Below are positions 11,954 through 23,254 of a stretch of 64,000 nt of DNA, in pieces (position 1 is the first letter of the stretch; each line of letters opens with the position of its first letter). Origin of the DNA: Azolla caroliniana (Eukaryota > Plantae > Polypodiophyta); NCBI GenBank assembly GCA_043228905.1, contig JBHGNT010000003.1:2666001-2730000 (forward strand), in the 5' to 3' direction. The notes beneath the pieces are model-generated. The model worked only from the letters and a program-made list of their open reading frames with translations. It was not told the origin of the DNA and ran no database searches. The translations under genes and the position numbers were made by a program.

Positions 11954-12388
11954 TGTTAACTCTTAGGGCCGGACAATGGCCTAACACAGGGTGTCTACGG
12001 AAGACACTTCACCAAAGGGTGTTATGGCAACCGGATTAGACTCAACGCTTACTCCGACTCAATTAAGTTACTTAGCATGATCGTCTTCCATAATCACACG
12101 CGTAAGATATAACAATTAAGACAGAACGACAATTAACATAGAGAGATAACAACGCTAAACTTTTATTAATTAACCGCTCTTGATTACATTGTATCCGGGC
12201 CTTTAAATAGGTTTCCGGTCTGTATTACAAAACGGTGCCATCCGCACCTGTTCGGGATCGGTCCGTATCCGGAATGGCATACCGATTCCGGTCCGTCCGT
12301 CCACACTCATAGCTTAATTACAACCACATTCCTACTATTTAAATAACTCTCCCTTTCCCACTCTGGACTCCTTTGCCGGCCGGTAACA
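11954..12388 (-). repeat. Element D 3' LTR
   Basis: TGTTAAC...GGTAACA, direct repeat of 21273-21707; minus strand has CCTATTTAAAGG then AATAAA. Confidence 0.95.
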
Positions 12389-12390
12389 CA

Positions 12391-12407
12391 TGGCACGCCT
12401 GTGGGAC
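12391..12407 (+). promoter_or_regulatory. Antisense PBS-like site (tRNA-Arg-like) occupying the PPT position of element D
   Basis: TGGCACGCCTGTGGGAC, 2 nt from the LTR; identical motif at 36340-36356 and a degenerate one at 63033-63049. Confidence 0.75.
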
Positions 12408-12442
12408 AGTACCTTGTACGTCGAATCCACAATCGACCCTTG

Positions 12443-15313
12443 CTATTCTTCGTCCAAAATATCCAGAATGCTTTGTTCGAGAGTCTCCAATGGTTCATCT
12501 GGAATTGGTTGTTGTTGTTGTTGCTGCTTTGTTGATGTCTGCTGCGACGAGTCTGTTGATGGCTACTGCGGCTGCTCCTCCGTTTGTTGCTCTGACACCA
12601 GCGTCTCCGTCGTTGCTCCCTGCGTCGTAGTGGTCTCCGGTTGACTGGTTCCGGGCTGGCCCTCAGCTGGCGACGGTTGCTCATCACTAAGGTTAACCGT
12701 TGCCGCTTCCCGTGCTTTTTCTTCCCGGACCCGGGACCGCTCGTAGCTTTCCAACTGGATTTGAGTGTCCAGCCTATCATCGTCTAGCTGAGCTACGAGC
12801 TGCCTGACCTGCGCTAGCTGTTCATCTGCCAGGAATTGGAAGTCGTCGGCCAGCTCCTCCCGTATGGCGGTGAAGTCCTCGGAAGTCAACGTATAACAAT
12901 CATCTCCTTCCTTCCGCCGGTTTGCCACGTCTGCCCGTAGCAACTGGAGTTCCGCCGCGTTTTGTGCCCACTTTGTCCACCATTTTACGGAGCTTTCATC
13001 AATCAAGTGTTTTGTTTGATTCAGCCATGCCCGGAGGATGGACTGAATCCGGCCCATTCCCAATTGCGAGTTGGATTCCGCCGCTTGCTGTTCCTCCTTC
13101 AGTTGCTTGATGATTTTTACGTTGTCTTCCGCTTGCGCCTTGTAATGCGTCAATTGCCTTTGATATGTACTTTGTAATTTCTGCAATACTGTTGATGCTC
13201 TCTCTTTATCTTCCTGCTGCTGCCTCTGGAGCTCCATCCGGACCTTCTCCGCCTCGTCCAAGCGTCTTGTATTTTCCGCACGTTCGTCAGCGATCACCGT
13301 CACGGCCCGATCAACTTCCTGTTGGAGCTCGGCCATCCGTTCCTTATGCTCCGTTTCCAGCCGTTTGTAGTCCCGGTGCAGGTGCTCAAAATCATCTGTC
13401 TTTTGCTTGAGCCGTGCGTTGATCTGTCGACGGGCCCGGTCCTCGCGGTCCTTCTGCTGGCGGAGCTCTTCCTTTAGCTGTTCAATCTTGAATTGAGAGA
13501 TGAACTTGCCGCACAAGAAGCACTAAGGAGCCGCGAATGAGAATTGAAGACAGCGGCCGAAGCCAAATTAAAGAGCTCCTGGGCTTGCGCCGCATCTCTC
13601 GTCGGAACGGTTTCTGTTGCCGGGGTCTTATTGCTATGTACAGGTCGATCCGTTTCTTTATTCTGTACACTTACCGGAGTCACCGGTGATTGGATCTGTG
13701 TTGCCATTAAGGCCATTTTGGCCATCTCTGTCGTGACCTGATCCAAGTCTTTTTCAAGGCACCGGATTCTGGACCGAGCCGTCTCTAGTTGTTCGGTTGT
13801 GACGAGCAACCGTTCGCTTTGCACTCTTTCTTCCGCCTCAATGTATCCCACTGCTCCGGTTATCTGTTCGCCTATCCACCAGAGCCACAGGCTACCGGTG
13901 CCTTGTTGTGCTTGCACAGAGGTTTGACAGATGGGCTCACTTGTAGATGGGTGGTCCCGCCTGGTTGCGCCGAGTTGCAGTTCCGTTTCTGCCCGTGGAC
14001 CACCCTGTTGTTCTAGTTCCCCTTGCGCTTCTTTTTGGCTGGCCGAGGGAGGCTGCATTGACCTTTCCGGCTCTGGCGGGATGGGACTTGCCAGTGTTGT
14101 TGGTGGTGCCTGGGCTTCTGATTCCGGTGCCATGCGCACCGGTTCCGGTTCCTTCCTTGGCGTGGGAGTCTCAGTATGGGGAGCCGGTGTTCCCTCCGTC
14201 TGAGGGTCCGAACGTTTCCCGGCTGCCTCAACGGTCCTTGCCGACGACCATCGCTGGAGGTGCTCCGTTGGCTCCTCCTCTATTTCCTCTTCTTGAGTCC
14301 CGACATTGACTTTTGCCGCCAAGGGGTCCGCTTCTCTATTCACCGTTCGGCGGAGTGTAACCTTCACGGGCCGTGCCGGTGGTTCCTCCTGCGCATCCAT
14401 TGGCCGCTTCCGGTTGCCGCTCTCCTTTCTCGCCTGTTCTGCATCTGCCGCCTTTCCCTTACTGGCCTTAGAGGCCAACAACTGTTGTCGTTTGGAAGCC
14501 GTCTCTGGGGTGCCGTCCGCCACTCTTCCTCACTTCTTGGGCTGGACGGGCTGGACGGGTGGCACAAGCAAGGTGAGCCCCTACGTTACGGCGTGCCATA
14601 TCCTCCGTCCGTCTCGACCTTCTTTGCCGTCATTGCCTCGGATGATCTCGATCGCCGCACACAACCCGTTTGCGATCAATACCGGCCAATCCACCTTGAT
14701 CCCTTCATAGGTGGCGATGATCATCCCTGCCCGGTTCTGCGGCATGACAGGGGGTCTAGGGTACACATGGCCGTATTCGTGGAGCACACGAGCAATCTCG
14801 CGGAACAACATATCTCCGCCGCCCTGTGTCCGGTAGCCCTTGCTGGCTAGAGTACTCACCAAAATACCTGATGAGTTGCTCCGGGGTTGGATTGTCGATC
14901 GTGAGTATGCCTCCTTCCGGAAGGCTTGTTAACGCTCAAATCGCCTCTACCGTTATGACCTCTGTGTCGATTTCTTTGATCACTTTGGCGGCTTCTTTGT
15001 GTGGCGGTACTTCCATCATCATCAAGAAACCCTCGAGCCCGTGTTTCTTTAGCCATGTCTTGGCGGCTTCCGACAGCATTTGCAGGTCCATTTCTGTGTC
15101 GAGGTCAGATTGCGGTGGCGAGGTTGGATGGTGATGAGAGTGAGGTTGAGAGAGAGAGAGTTCAGAAGGCGGGGGTTCTCTGTGCGCAGGTTCTCGTCTG
15201 ATGATCTTGCAGCGTCTTGGTGCTTCTGTGCTCCTGGGTTCGCGAAAGTAAAGGGTCTCTACGCGCAGTGGTTTTTGTCTGTGCATTCTGGCGCCCTTTT
15301 CGAGTGTGTGCAT
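12443..15313 (-). pseudogene. Element D accessory ORF (about 850-950 codons; N-terminal helical domain, Pro/Glu-rich linker, coiled coil, conserved W..W...AAEL...RAD domain), disrupted
   Basis: ORFs 14936..15313, 14581..14862, 13474..14523 and 12563..13516 join across stops and frameshifts; the C-terminal domain is homologous to about 62250-62470. Confidence 0.7.
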
Positions 15314-15426
15314 GTCGTGTACTAAAATAGCATTATGTCCTGTGGTGGCGCTTTAAATGCCCACTACGTACCTTTTCGCTCCTCGCTCTTTCATCCATTC
15401 ATTCCTCCCTTTTGCATAATTGTTTT

Positions 15427-15457
<31 letters not shown>

Positions 15458-15478
15458 ATAATTTAATTTAGTGTGACG

Positions 15479-18400
15479 TTACTTGTCCGTTGGTCCTCTC
15501 GGACCCTTACTAGCCTCATTTTCCCCAGTTACCGGCTCGCCGTCTCTGCCGTCTTGGTGGTTGCCATTTCCCTCACTGGTGTCGGTCCTTTGCTCAAATG
15601 GGTTCTTAGGCATCGGTCCTCTATATGGCTTCAATCGGAATCCGTTGACCCATTTGCCTAGCACTTCGCCGGCAAGTGTCCCTAGCTGGTAGGACCCATT
15701 ATACTCCCGTGTTAGCCAATACGGTCCGGTCCATCTAAACCGTAGTTTACCCGACATCTTGCCCATCCGGGTCTGAATACTAACACCACTTTGCCGATTG
15801 CGAACATTTTTTCGTTTCCTTTCCTGTGCCGATCGACAAATGCTTTCCGTCGCCATTGCTCCAATTCTAAGTGCAGGATGTTGGCCAGTCTTTGTTCCTC
15901 GAGTTCACACAGCGTTGTCAACCGTATTGCCTCCGACTCCTTCTCGTTCAGCCGTTCCCGTAGCCGGATCCGTAAGCTTGGTACTTGGAATTCCACCGGC
16001 ATTACCGCCTCTAGTCCGAACGCTAACCGGAACGGTGTTGTTCGGATGCTCATCTTGTATGCCGTCCGGTATGCCCAAGGCGCGCTATGTAGCTTTGTAT
16101 CCCAATCCGTTTGGTTTTCGTTGACAATCTTCCGGAGGATATTCTGGAGCGTCTTGTTCGTTGATTTCGCTAAGCCGTTCGCTTGTGGATAGTAAGGTGT
16201 GCTCCGTTTGTGGACAACGACATAGAATGTCGTCAGGCTTTCCACTACTTGGCCGAGAAAGTGCCCCCCTTGGTCGCTTATTAATTCAATTGGGCATCCG
16301 TAACGGCACCAGATGTACTCGTATAGAAATTTCGCTGTTGACACAACAATGTTATCCCTTAATGCTGCGGCCTCCACCCATTTCGTGCAGTAATCCGTCA
16401 CGACGATGATGTATCGATTACCCGTTCTCATTGCCGGTGGCTTGAACGGTCCCACAAAGTCCAGCCCCCACTTCTGGAATGGCTCGAGTGGTAGTACCGA
16501 CTGGTGTGGCATACGAGCTTGCTCCGTTGGTTGGCCCATTGGCTGGCATAGGTCACATTCTTTTGCGTACCTTACCGCATCTCTTAAGGTCGTTGGCCAC
16601 CATAGGCCACTTTGCCATATTTTTCTGGCCGTCGCATCTCCGGCATAGTGACCTCCGGCAACTCCGCAGTGGGCTTCCCTCAATATCAGTTCCTTTTCAT
16701 CGCTGCGCACCGCCCGTCTCCATATGCCGTCCGCGCCCTTGTGGTATAGTGTGTCCTGCATTAAGCAGAAATGTCGGCTTTGCACCGCCAGGCGTTTCCG
16801 TTCGTCCCGGTTCATCTCTTCCGGAGGCAGTCTTTTGCTCAGAAATTGGTGCATATTTGTGAGCCACTTGTCTTCCTGTGCCACCGTCTCATCTGCTGCC
16901 GTTTCCGCAATGACTCGAAACAGCTCCGCATCCGGAAACTCATCCACTACTCCGTCTCCCGTCTCTCCGGACTCTAATCGACTTAAGTAATCCGCCACGG
17001 CATGTTGTATACCGGGTCAATGGAATATTTCAAACTCGAACTCCTGTAACAGTAAGGTCCACCGAGCCAATTTGCCGGTGAGTGACGCTTTGGACACCAG
17101 GTAAAGGAGTGCCGAATGATCTACATGGAAGGAAAACTTCCTTCCCAATAAATAATGCCGAAACTTTGTCACACTATAGATCATCCCTAGAGCTTCCCGT
17201 TCCGTGGTAGAGTAGTTTCGTTCTGCTTGGAATAGCTTTCGGCTGGCATAGTACATTGGCCGGTACCATTTTGGCTTCGTAAGCTGCATAAGTACGCTTC
17301 CGATTGCGATGTCGGAGGTTGCACTACCGGTGCCTGCGACAATAGTACCTTGAGGGCCCTATACGCCCTATCCTCGGTGTCGGTCCACTGGAATGGTGTC
17401 CGATGTACGGAGGCATGCAACGGTGTAGCCAGGTCGGCCAAGTATTGGAGCATCCGGTTGTGCCACCGGATCTGGCCTAAGAACCGGCTTAATGCCTTTG
17501 CCGTTGCCGGCGCCGGTGCTTCTAATATGGCTTTCACTTTGTCCGGGTCGACTGCAATACCTTCCTGGCTCATAATATGTCCTAATAGAGTTCCACTGGA
17601 TACACCAAATACACACTTTGCCGGATTCAAGCTTAGCCGGTACGCTCTACACTTTTCAAGACAAAGACGGAGGTGCTGAAAATGGTCCTCCTCCCGGCTA
17701 TAGACGGCAAAATCGTCAAGGAAAACCTGCATAAAAGCCAGAATATATTCACTAAAGATTTCCATGATGATTCGTTGAAATGTTGCCGGTGCCGTTTTGA
17801 GTCCGAACATCATCACCACGGCCACAAACACCCCCCATTCGGTGACGAAAGCCGTTTTCTCTTGGTCGTCGGGGTGCATCCGGATTTGATTATACCCGCT
17901 GAATCCGTCTAGGAAGATATAGACCTCATGGCCGGCGACAACATCCAACACTCCATCTGTGAACGGAAGTGGAAACACATCCGTTACCGTAGCCGCATTG
18001 AGTTTCCGGTAGTCCACACAAACTCGAATTTTTCCGTTCTTCTTCGGTACGACTACGATCGGGCTCAGCCATGTTGCTTTCTTTACCGGACGGATAAAGC
18101 CAACTCTTAGTAGTTTGTCGATTTCCTCCTTGACCTTGGCGGCATAATTGGGATTCATCCGGTACCGTCTTTGTGCCACTGGTTTTGCATCCTTGCTCAA
18201 GTGCACCTGATGCTGGTATAACTGAGGGTCGAGTCCTCGCATGTCTTTGTATGACTAGGTGAACACATCGCGAAATTCCGTGAGAAATGTGATCATCGCC
18301 GTTTTGTCCTCAGACTTCATCTCCTTGGCGATGTGCACCGGTTTTGCTTCGTCCGTGGTCCCTAGGTTCACCTCTTCTAGTTGCGACGCTTTTACGCGCT

Positions 18401-21077
18401 CTGAAACGGCCATTTCTCGTTCCAACGCTTCCTGTGCTTGCCGTAACTCCCGGATTGCGTCTTTATCTGGTTCTGCTTCAGCCTCTTCCGGTTGCGGTAA
18501 GTATGGTGCTACTGCTTTGGCAATGTCAATTTCGAAGAGGGGTATGATCTTCGGGTTTTCCTGCAGGTACTGAGCTTCTTCTTCGTCCGCTAACCCTTCT
18601 AGCATGTTGACGCATTCTGCATACAACGGTGTACATTCCTTGCCAATGCTCGTCCTTGGCTGTGTTGGTACCTGTACTCGCCGAAAGGTAATTATATTTT
18701 TCCGCCAATTCTGTTTGATATGTGCCGTTTTCAACCATGGCCGCCCCAGCAATAGCGGGTATGCGCCTTGTGCCTGTAATTGTAGCACTACGGCCGAGAT
18801 GTGAAATGTATGACCGCCGACAGTGACTTCTAATTTCCGTATTAATCCTGTCGGCCGCACTGAGCTTGTATCGGCCATCCGCAACCAGAACGGACACGGC
18901 TCCCACTCGTGGATTCCTAGGGCATCACACGTCCGGAGGCTTATTACATTCACCCTAGAGCCTCCGTCTATAACTGTGCCGGGGAGTTCTTTCCCTTTTA
19001 CAATGGCAGTGATTACCGGACTGCTGGTGTCCACCACCGTTGGTCCCTCCTCCGGATTCGAGAAGAGTACCGGTGCCGGTGATGGTTCTCCTGCCGTCAT
19101 GGCCGTCTTCAGTCCTTCCGTGAATCTTGGCACGAGTTGTAGGAGTCTTCCTAGTGGCAACGTAATCTGGCATTCTTGCAACGCCTGCCATGTCTCGTTC
19201 TCGAAATGACTACCGCCGGCAAGCCCTGCGGTGTTCTCCTTTTGCCGCTGTAAGTTTGTGACATTCTGTTCCTTTGCTTTCTTTACCCATTCCGTTGCTT
19301 GTTTCCGGATGGTCTCCTACGTCTCCCATTCCTTGGCCATGCCCTTCGACCTTGTGGTCACCTGCTGCAGATCTGCCACCTCAGGGACTATCATATTTAC
19401 CGCCGGTCGTTTTTCATAGCTCTTCACCAGGCATTGGTTACTATAATGGCCTTCCTGTCGGCATTGTCTGTAGTAGCAGTAGGCTTTTCGGGTATTGCTA
19501 GATTCGGCATTGTCTGTTGTACCCGGGGCAGGTCCTGCGGTACGCGCGGGGTTTTGGACTGGTTGACTGCTTGGAGCTCCTTGTTCCGGATCCCGGGGGT
19601 AGCCACCTTTTTTAAAATGGCGTTTTTTGTTATAGCTCTTCTTATTGTGGTGCTCTTGACGAGGTTGCCCGTTATATCTGCCGTATTCCTCCTGTTGCTG
19701 ACGATACCCGGGGGAGTGCTCCTAGTCGTAATGTTCGTATCGTCTATTGTAATCCTGGTACCGATCATGCTGGTCATAGTTATCCCGCCGATCACCGTAC
19801 CTGACATCATTCTCCCGTCGATCGCCATACCGGACATCCTGTGCCGGTCGGTCGCGGTCCATTCGCCGCCAGCGTTCGTCTTCTTCATCCCGGCTGCTGC
19901 GTGGCTCAATTTGTTGGACGGGCGGTGCTTGCCGGTTCAACAGATTATACTCGCACCTATCCGTCGTATGGCTCTTGGATTGACAGATTACACATTGCGT
20001 CCTCATAGTGCATTCTAGAGCCGAGTGTCCGGAATTCAAGCAGGTTGTGCACTGTATTGCTTGCCGAAACCGGAGGTCTTCATCGGATGGTAATGCCCGT
20101 TGGAGTGCTCCCAGCGTGAGCCAGGAGCTTGTCTTTTCCATCTCTCTCACCCAGTCAATGACCTGGTCGATGGTACTTGTGCGGAAGTCAATTACCATGC
20201 AAACCGTGCGTAGGGGTTCCCTGAGTGCGTTTAGGAATATAGTCCGTAATTCCTCCTCCGGGGTTGCGCGGGCAAGCTGACTATGCATCCGTTGAAACTG
20301 GAGGACAAATTGGGGAATGCTCTCCCCTACCTCTTGCCGGATGGTATAAAATAAGCCTACCATTACGGTCTGGTCCACCTCCTTTTGAAAAAAATGCAAG
20401 AATTTAGCTTTTAAATCTGCAAAAGTGTTGATGGTAGACGGGTCCTGCGTCCGGCGCCATCTTGCTGCCGGTCCCTCCAATGTGACACCAAATTCCGCAA
20501 TCTTAGAGCGTTCTTCTTCCTCTGGGGTCAATCGCTGGGACACATGGTTGGCTTCCCATGTCTGTTCAAAGGCGTGCACATGAGCTTCCGCGTCCGGATC
20601 ATCTCTATACTTGGAGTATTGGAACGACATGTCGTCGTCCGGTATCAGTGCGCGGGCTGGCAATGTTGGTGCTCGTTCCAGAATTTTCTCCGGCGTCGGT
20701 GGTCTTTCCCAATTTGTTTCCGGCGTCGGTGGTTTTTCCTCTTCTTTTGGTGACGGAGGCGTCTCCTCTTCGACTTCCGGTGTCGGAGGTCGCTCTTCCT
20801 CTGCTGGTTCCGGGGGTTCCAGCGTTAGCACTTCTGGTTCCGGTGTCGGTAAGGTATCCGATCCTTCGTCCTCCGGTCCGCCCGGGGTTTCGTTGCTGCC
20901 ACGGTAGTTCGTGTGCACGCTGTATTCATCTTCGGAGTCCGATTCATATGCTGAAAAGGCTTCTGCTTCGCCTTCTCCGTTTGCCAACGCGTGGAGAAGG
21001 GATTCGGTTTCCCGGAGGCTGCTTAGGCTGCTGCCATCGTCCGGGGTGCGATGTTTGCTGTAACCAGAGGGAGTCAT
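15479..21077 (-). pseudogene. gag-pol: Element D gag-pol, disrupted
   Basis: Capsid domain; knuckles CTTCLNSGHSALEC and CVICQSKSHTTDRC; PR VIDGGS; RT DYRKLN/FLDD; RH EREALGM; INT WGLDFVGP...SDQG...QANG. No additional archaeal-type RNase H is visible. Confidence 0.92.
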
Positions 21078-21256
21078 CTGCTACTCTCCGGATTACGTTC
21101 GAAAACGAGCGATCCGCTCTAATTTCCTGCGCCGCTTGCTGGAAAGCCTCGCGTCTCCTTTGCCTTTCGGCAAGGCGTTGAGTTTGATCTGTAACCAGGT
21201 CGTGCGTTGATCTAGACATCCATCCATGCCGTCGTTCGCTGCAAAAACAGGAATCA

Positions 21257-21265
21257 TGGTCGCCA
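21257..21265 (-). promoter_or_regulatory. Element D minus-strand PBS (TGGCGACCA, tRNA-Arg-like), after a CAGTTTT spacer
   Basis: Lies just inside the 5' LTR; the T-run plus TGGCG arrangement is typical of Athila/Ogre-type PBSs. Only about 9 nt match. Confidence 0.6.
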
Positions 21266-21272
21266 AAAACTG

Positions 21273-21707
21273 TGTTAACTCTTAGGGCCGGACAATGGCC
21301 TAACACAGGGTGTCTACGGAAGACACTTCATCAAAGGGTGTTACGGCAACCGGATTAGACTCAACGCTTAGTCCGACTCAATTAAGTTACTTAGCATGAT
21401 CGTCTTCCATAATCACACACGTAAGATATAACAATTAAGACAGAACGACAATTAACATAGAGAGATAACAACGCTAAACTTTTATTAATTAACCGCTCTT
21501 GATTACATTGTATCCGGGCCTTTAAATAGGTTTCCGGTCTGTATTACAAAACGGTGCCATCCGCACCTGTTCGGGATCGGTCCGGATCCGGAATGACTTA
21601 CCGATTCCGGTCCGTCCGTCCACACTCATAGCTTAATTACAACCACATTCCTACTACTTAAATAACTCTCCCTTTCCCACTCTGGACTCCTTTGCCGGCC
21701 GGTAACA
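21273..21707 (-). repeat. Element D 5' LTR
   Basis: Direct repeat of 11954-12388, followed by TSD CGAGC. Confidence 0.95.
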
Positions 21708-21712
21708 CGAGC

Positions 21713-22550
21713 CAGCTTTCGATAACCAAAAACAAGTCATCTTGGGACCGGCACGACTACAAGCAACATAGATCTTTGACATGCCCATGGATTCCCACGT
21801 TATCGATACCATACGCGAAGACTTGAAGACAGATGCGTTCGCCCAAGCTATACTAGCACAAATTGATCCCTCTCGAGCGTCGTGTTCACAGTCGCAACCA
21901 CCAGGTACGGACTATCGGCAATTCAAATACCATGATGGATTACTCTTGTTTAAAGAACTTTTGTATGTTCCTAATGGTTCTTGCCGCCTTCAAGTAGTAC
22001 AAAACTGTCATGACACATATACAGTTGGGCATTTTGGTACTACTAAAACGCTACATTTAGTACAACGATCATTCTGGTGGCCCTATATGCGACAATTTGT
22101 CGAGGATTTTGTTTGGACTTGTGATACATGCTGCAGAGCGAAAATGCCAAGGCATCATCCATATGGTTTATTAGAACCATTACCAATTCCAAGCAAGCCG
22201 TGGCAATCCATTGCTCTAGACTTCATCACAGATCTTCTAATCTCTAAGGGGTTCAATGCGATTCTAACGGTGGTCGATCGATATACGAAGATGGCTCATT
22301 TCTTGCCATGTACTAAGGAGATCTCCAGTGAAGACACTGCCGAAATTGTCATGCGTGAAGTATGTCGGCATCATGGACTTCCCGATAGTATCATCAGCGA
22401 CCGTGGACCCCAGTTCGTGTCAAAATTCTGGAAGCACCTTTTTAACATGCTCAAGGTCACTTGTAACCTCTCCTCCGGCTACCACCCACAAACCGACGGC
22501 CAAGCCGAACGAACCAATCAAACGCTGGAGCAGTATCTGCGGTGCTTTCT
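21713..22550 (+). pseudogene. pol: Element C pol part 2 (integrase zinc finger and core)
   Basis: HD....GH...CDTC, IALDFIT, SDRG, QAERTNQ; cut by element E. Confidence 0.9.
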
Positions 22551-23223
22551 TGTTGGGATTTCGGTCCCTCCGGATGGGATGTCCGGAGATGAATGACGGC
22601 AAGCCCGGTTGCGGTTACAGAACCGGATGATGAAGAATACCCGGCATGAAGCCGGATGAAGAGTACCCGGATACGGATCCGGATGATGAAGTACCCGGAT
22701 ACGGATCCGGATGATGAAGACCCCGGCTACGGAGCCGGATGACGAATGTACCCGGAGAAAGATCCGGATGCGGGGACATATTTGTGAATATGTTTTGTCA
22801 AGAGCCCTTGAGGCTATATTTGTAAATAGCCCGAAAGTCATATGTGTATAAATATGACTTAGGGCAAACAGTTTGTTGTTGTTGCTCATCTTTTCTGTTT
22901 TCCACTAAGAGGGAGCGAAGTGAGAGCAGCCGAGAGAGAGGGAGAGAGAAAGAGGAAGGAAGAGGTCGACGCCTCTGTGTAATACCGCCGCCTGTGGCGA
23001 GGACAGTGAGCTCAAGGTCGTTGCCTTGCAGCTCGCCATTGTACATTCCCGCGTATAGTGATAGTTGGAGTCTTGCACTCCCGTGGTTTTTCCCATTTAG
23101 GGTTTTCCACGTAAAACATACAGTGTACCCTTCTCTCTCTATTGTTTTCGTGCATTCTTGTATTTCCCATTTTCTGTGAATCGATCCAGTTCCTCGGTTG
23201 TGGCCGAGCACGGAATTGCGACA
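22551..23223 (+). repeat. Element E 5' LTR (673 bp) with about 27-28-bp tandem units in U3
   Basis: TGTTG...CGACA; repeated CCGGATGATGAAG-type units. Confidence 0.95.
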
Positions 23224-23254
23224 AAGTGGTATCAGAGCGACGGTAACACAGAAA

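Larger units (their letters stand above)
11954..21707 (-). mobile_element. Element D: full-length non-chromoviral Ty3/gypsy (Phygy/Selgy/Athila-like) with 3' accessory ORF
   Basis: Two 435-bp LTRs (about 8 differences by eye); 5-bp TSD CGAGC at 11949-11953 and 21708-21712; gag-PR-RT-RH-INT on the minus strand. Confidence 0.95.

Noticed and set aside
12563-14523. Calling the accessory ORF env
   Set aside because: No signal peptide or transmembrane helix is visible; it is hydrophilic and coiled-coil.
15479-18242. Classifying D/H as Tat or Ogre because of the Arg-type PBS
   Set aside because: No additional archaeal-type RNase H domain is evident around RH/INT.
22600-22780. Regularly spaced ~27-bp repeats, superficially CRISPR-like (also 27390-27590 and 53200-53570)
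   Set aside because: No unique spacers and no cas genes; these are tandem U3 units within copia LTRs.
23198-23254. ORF-track start at 23198 for the copia polyprotein
   Set aside because: This is a non-ATG start inside the LTR/PBS; the ATG at 23255 aligns with the start of element F.
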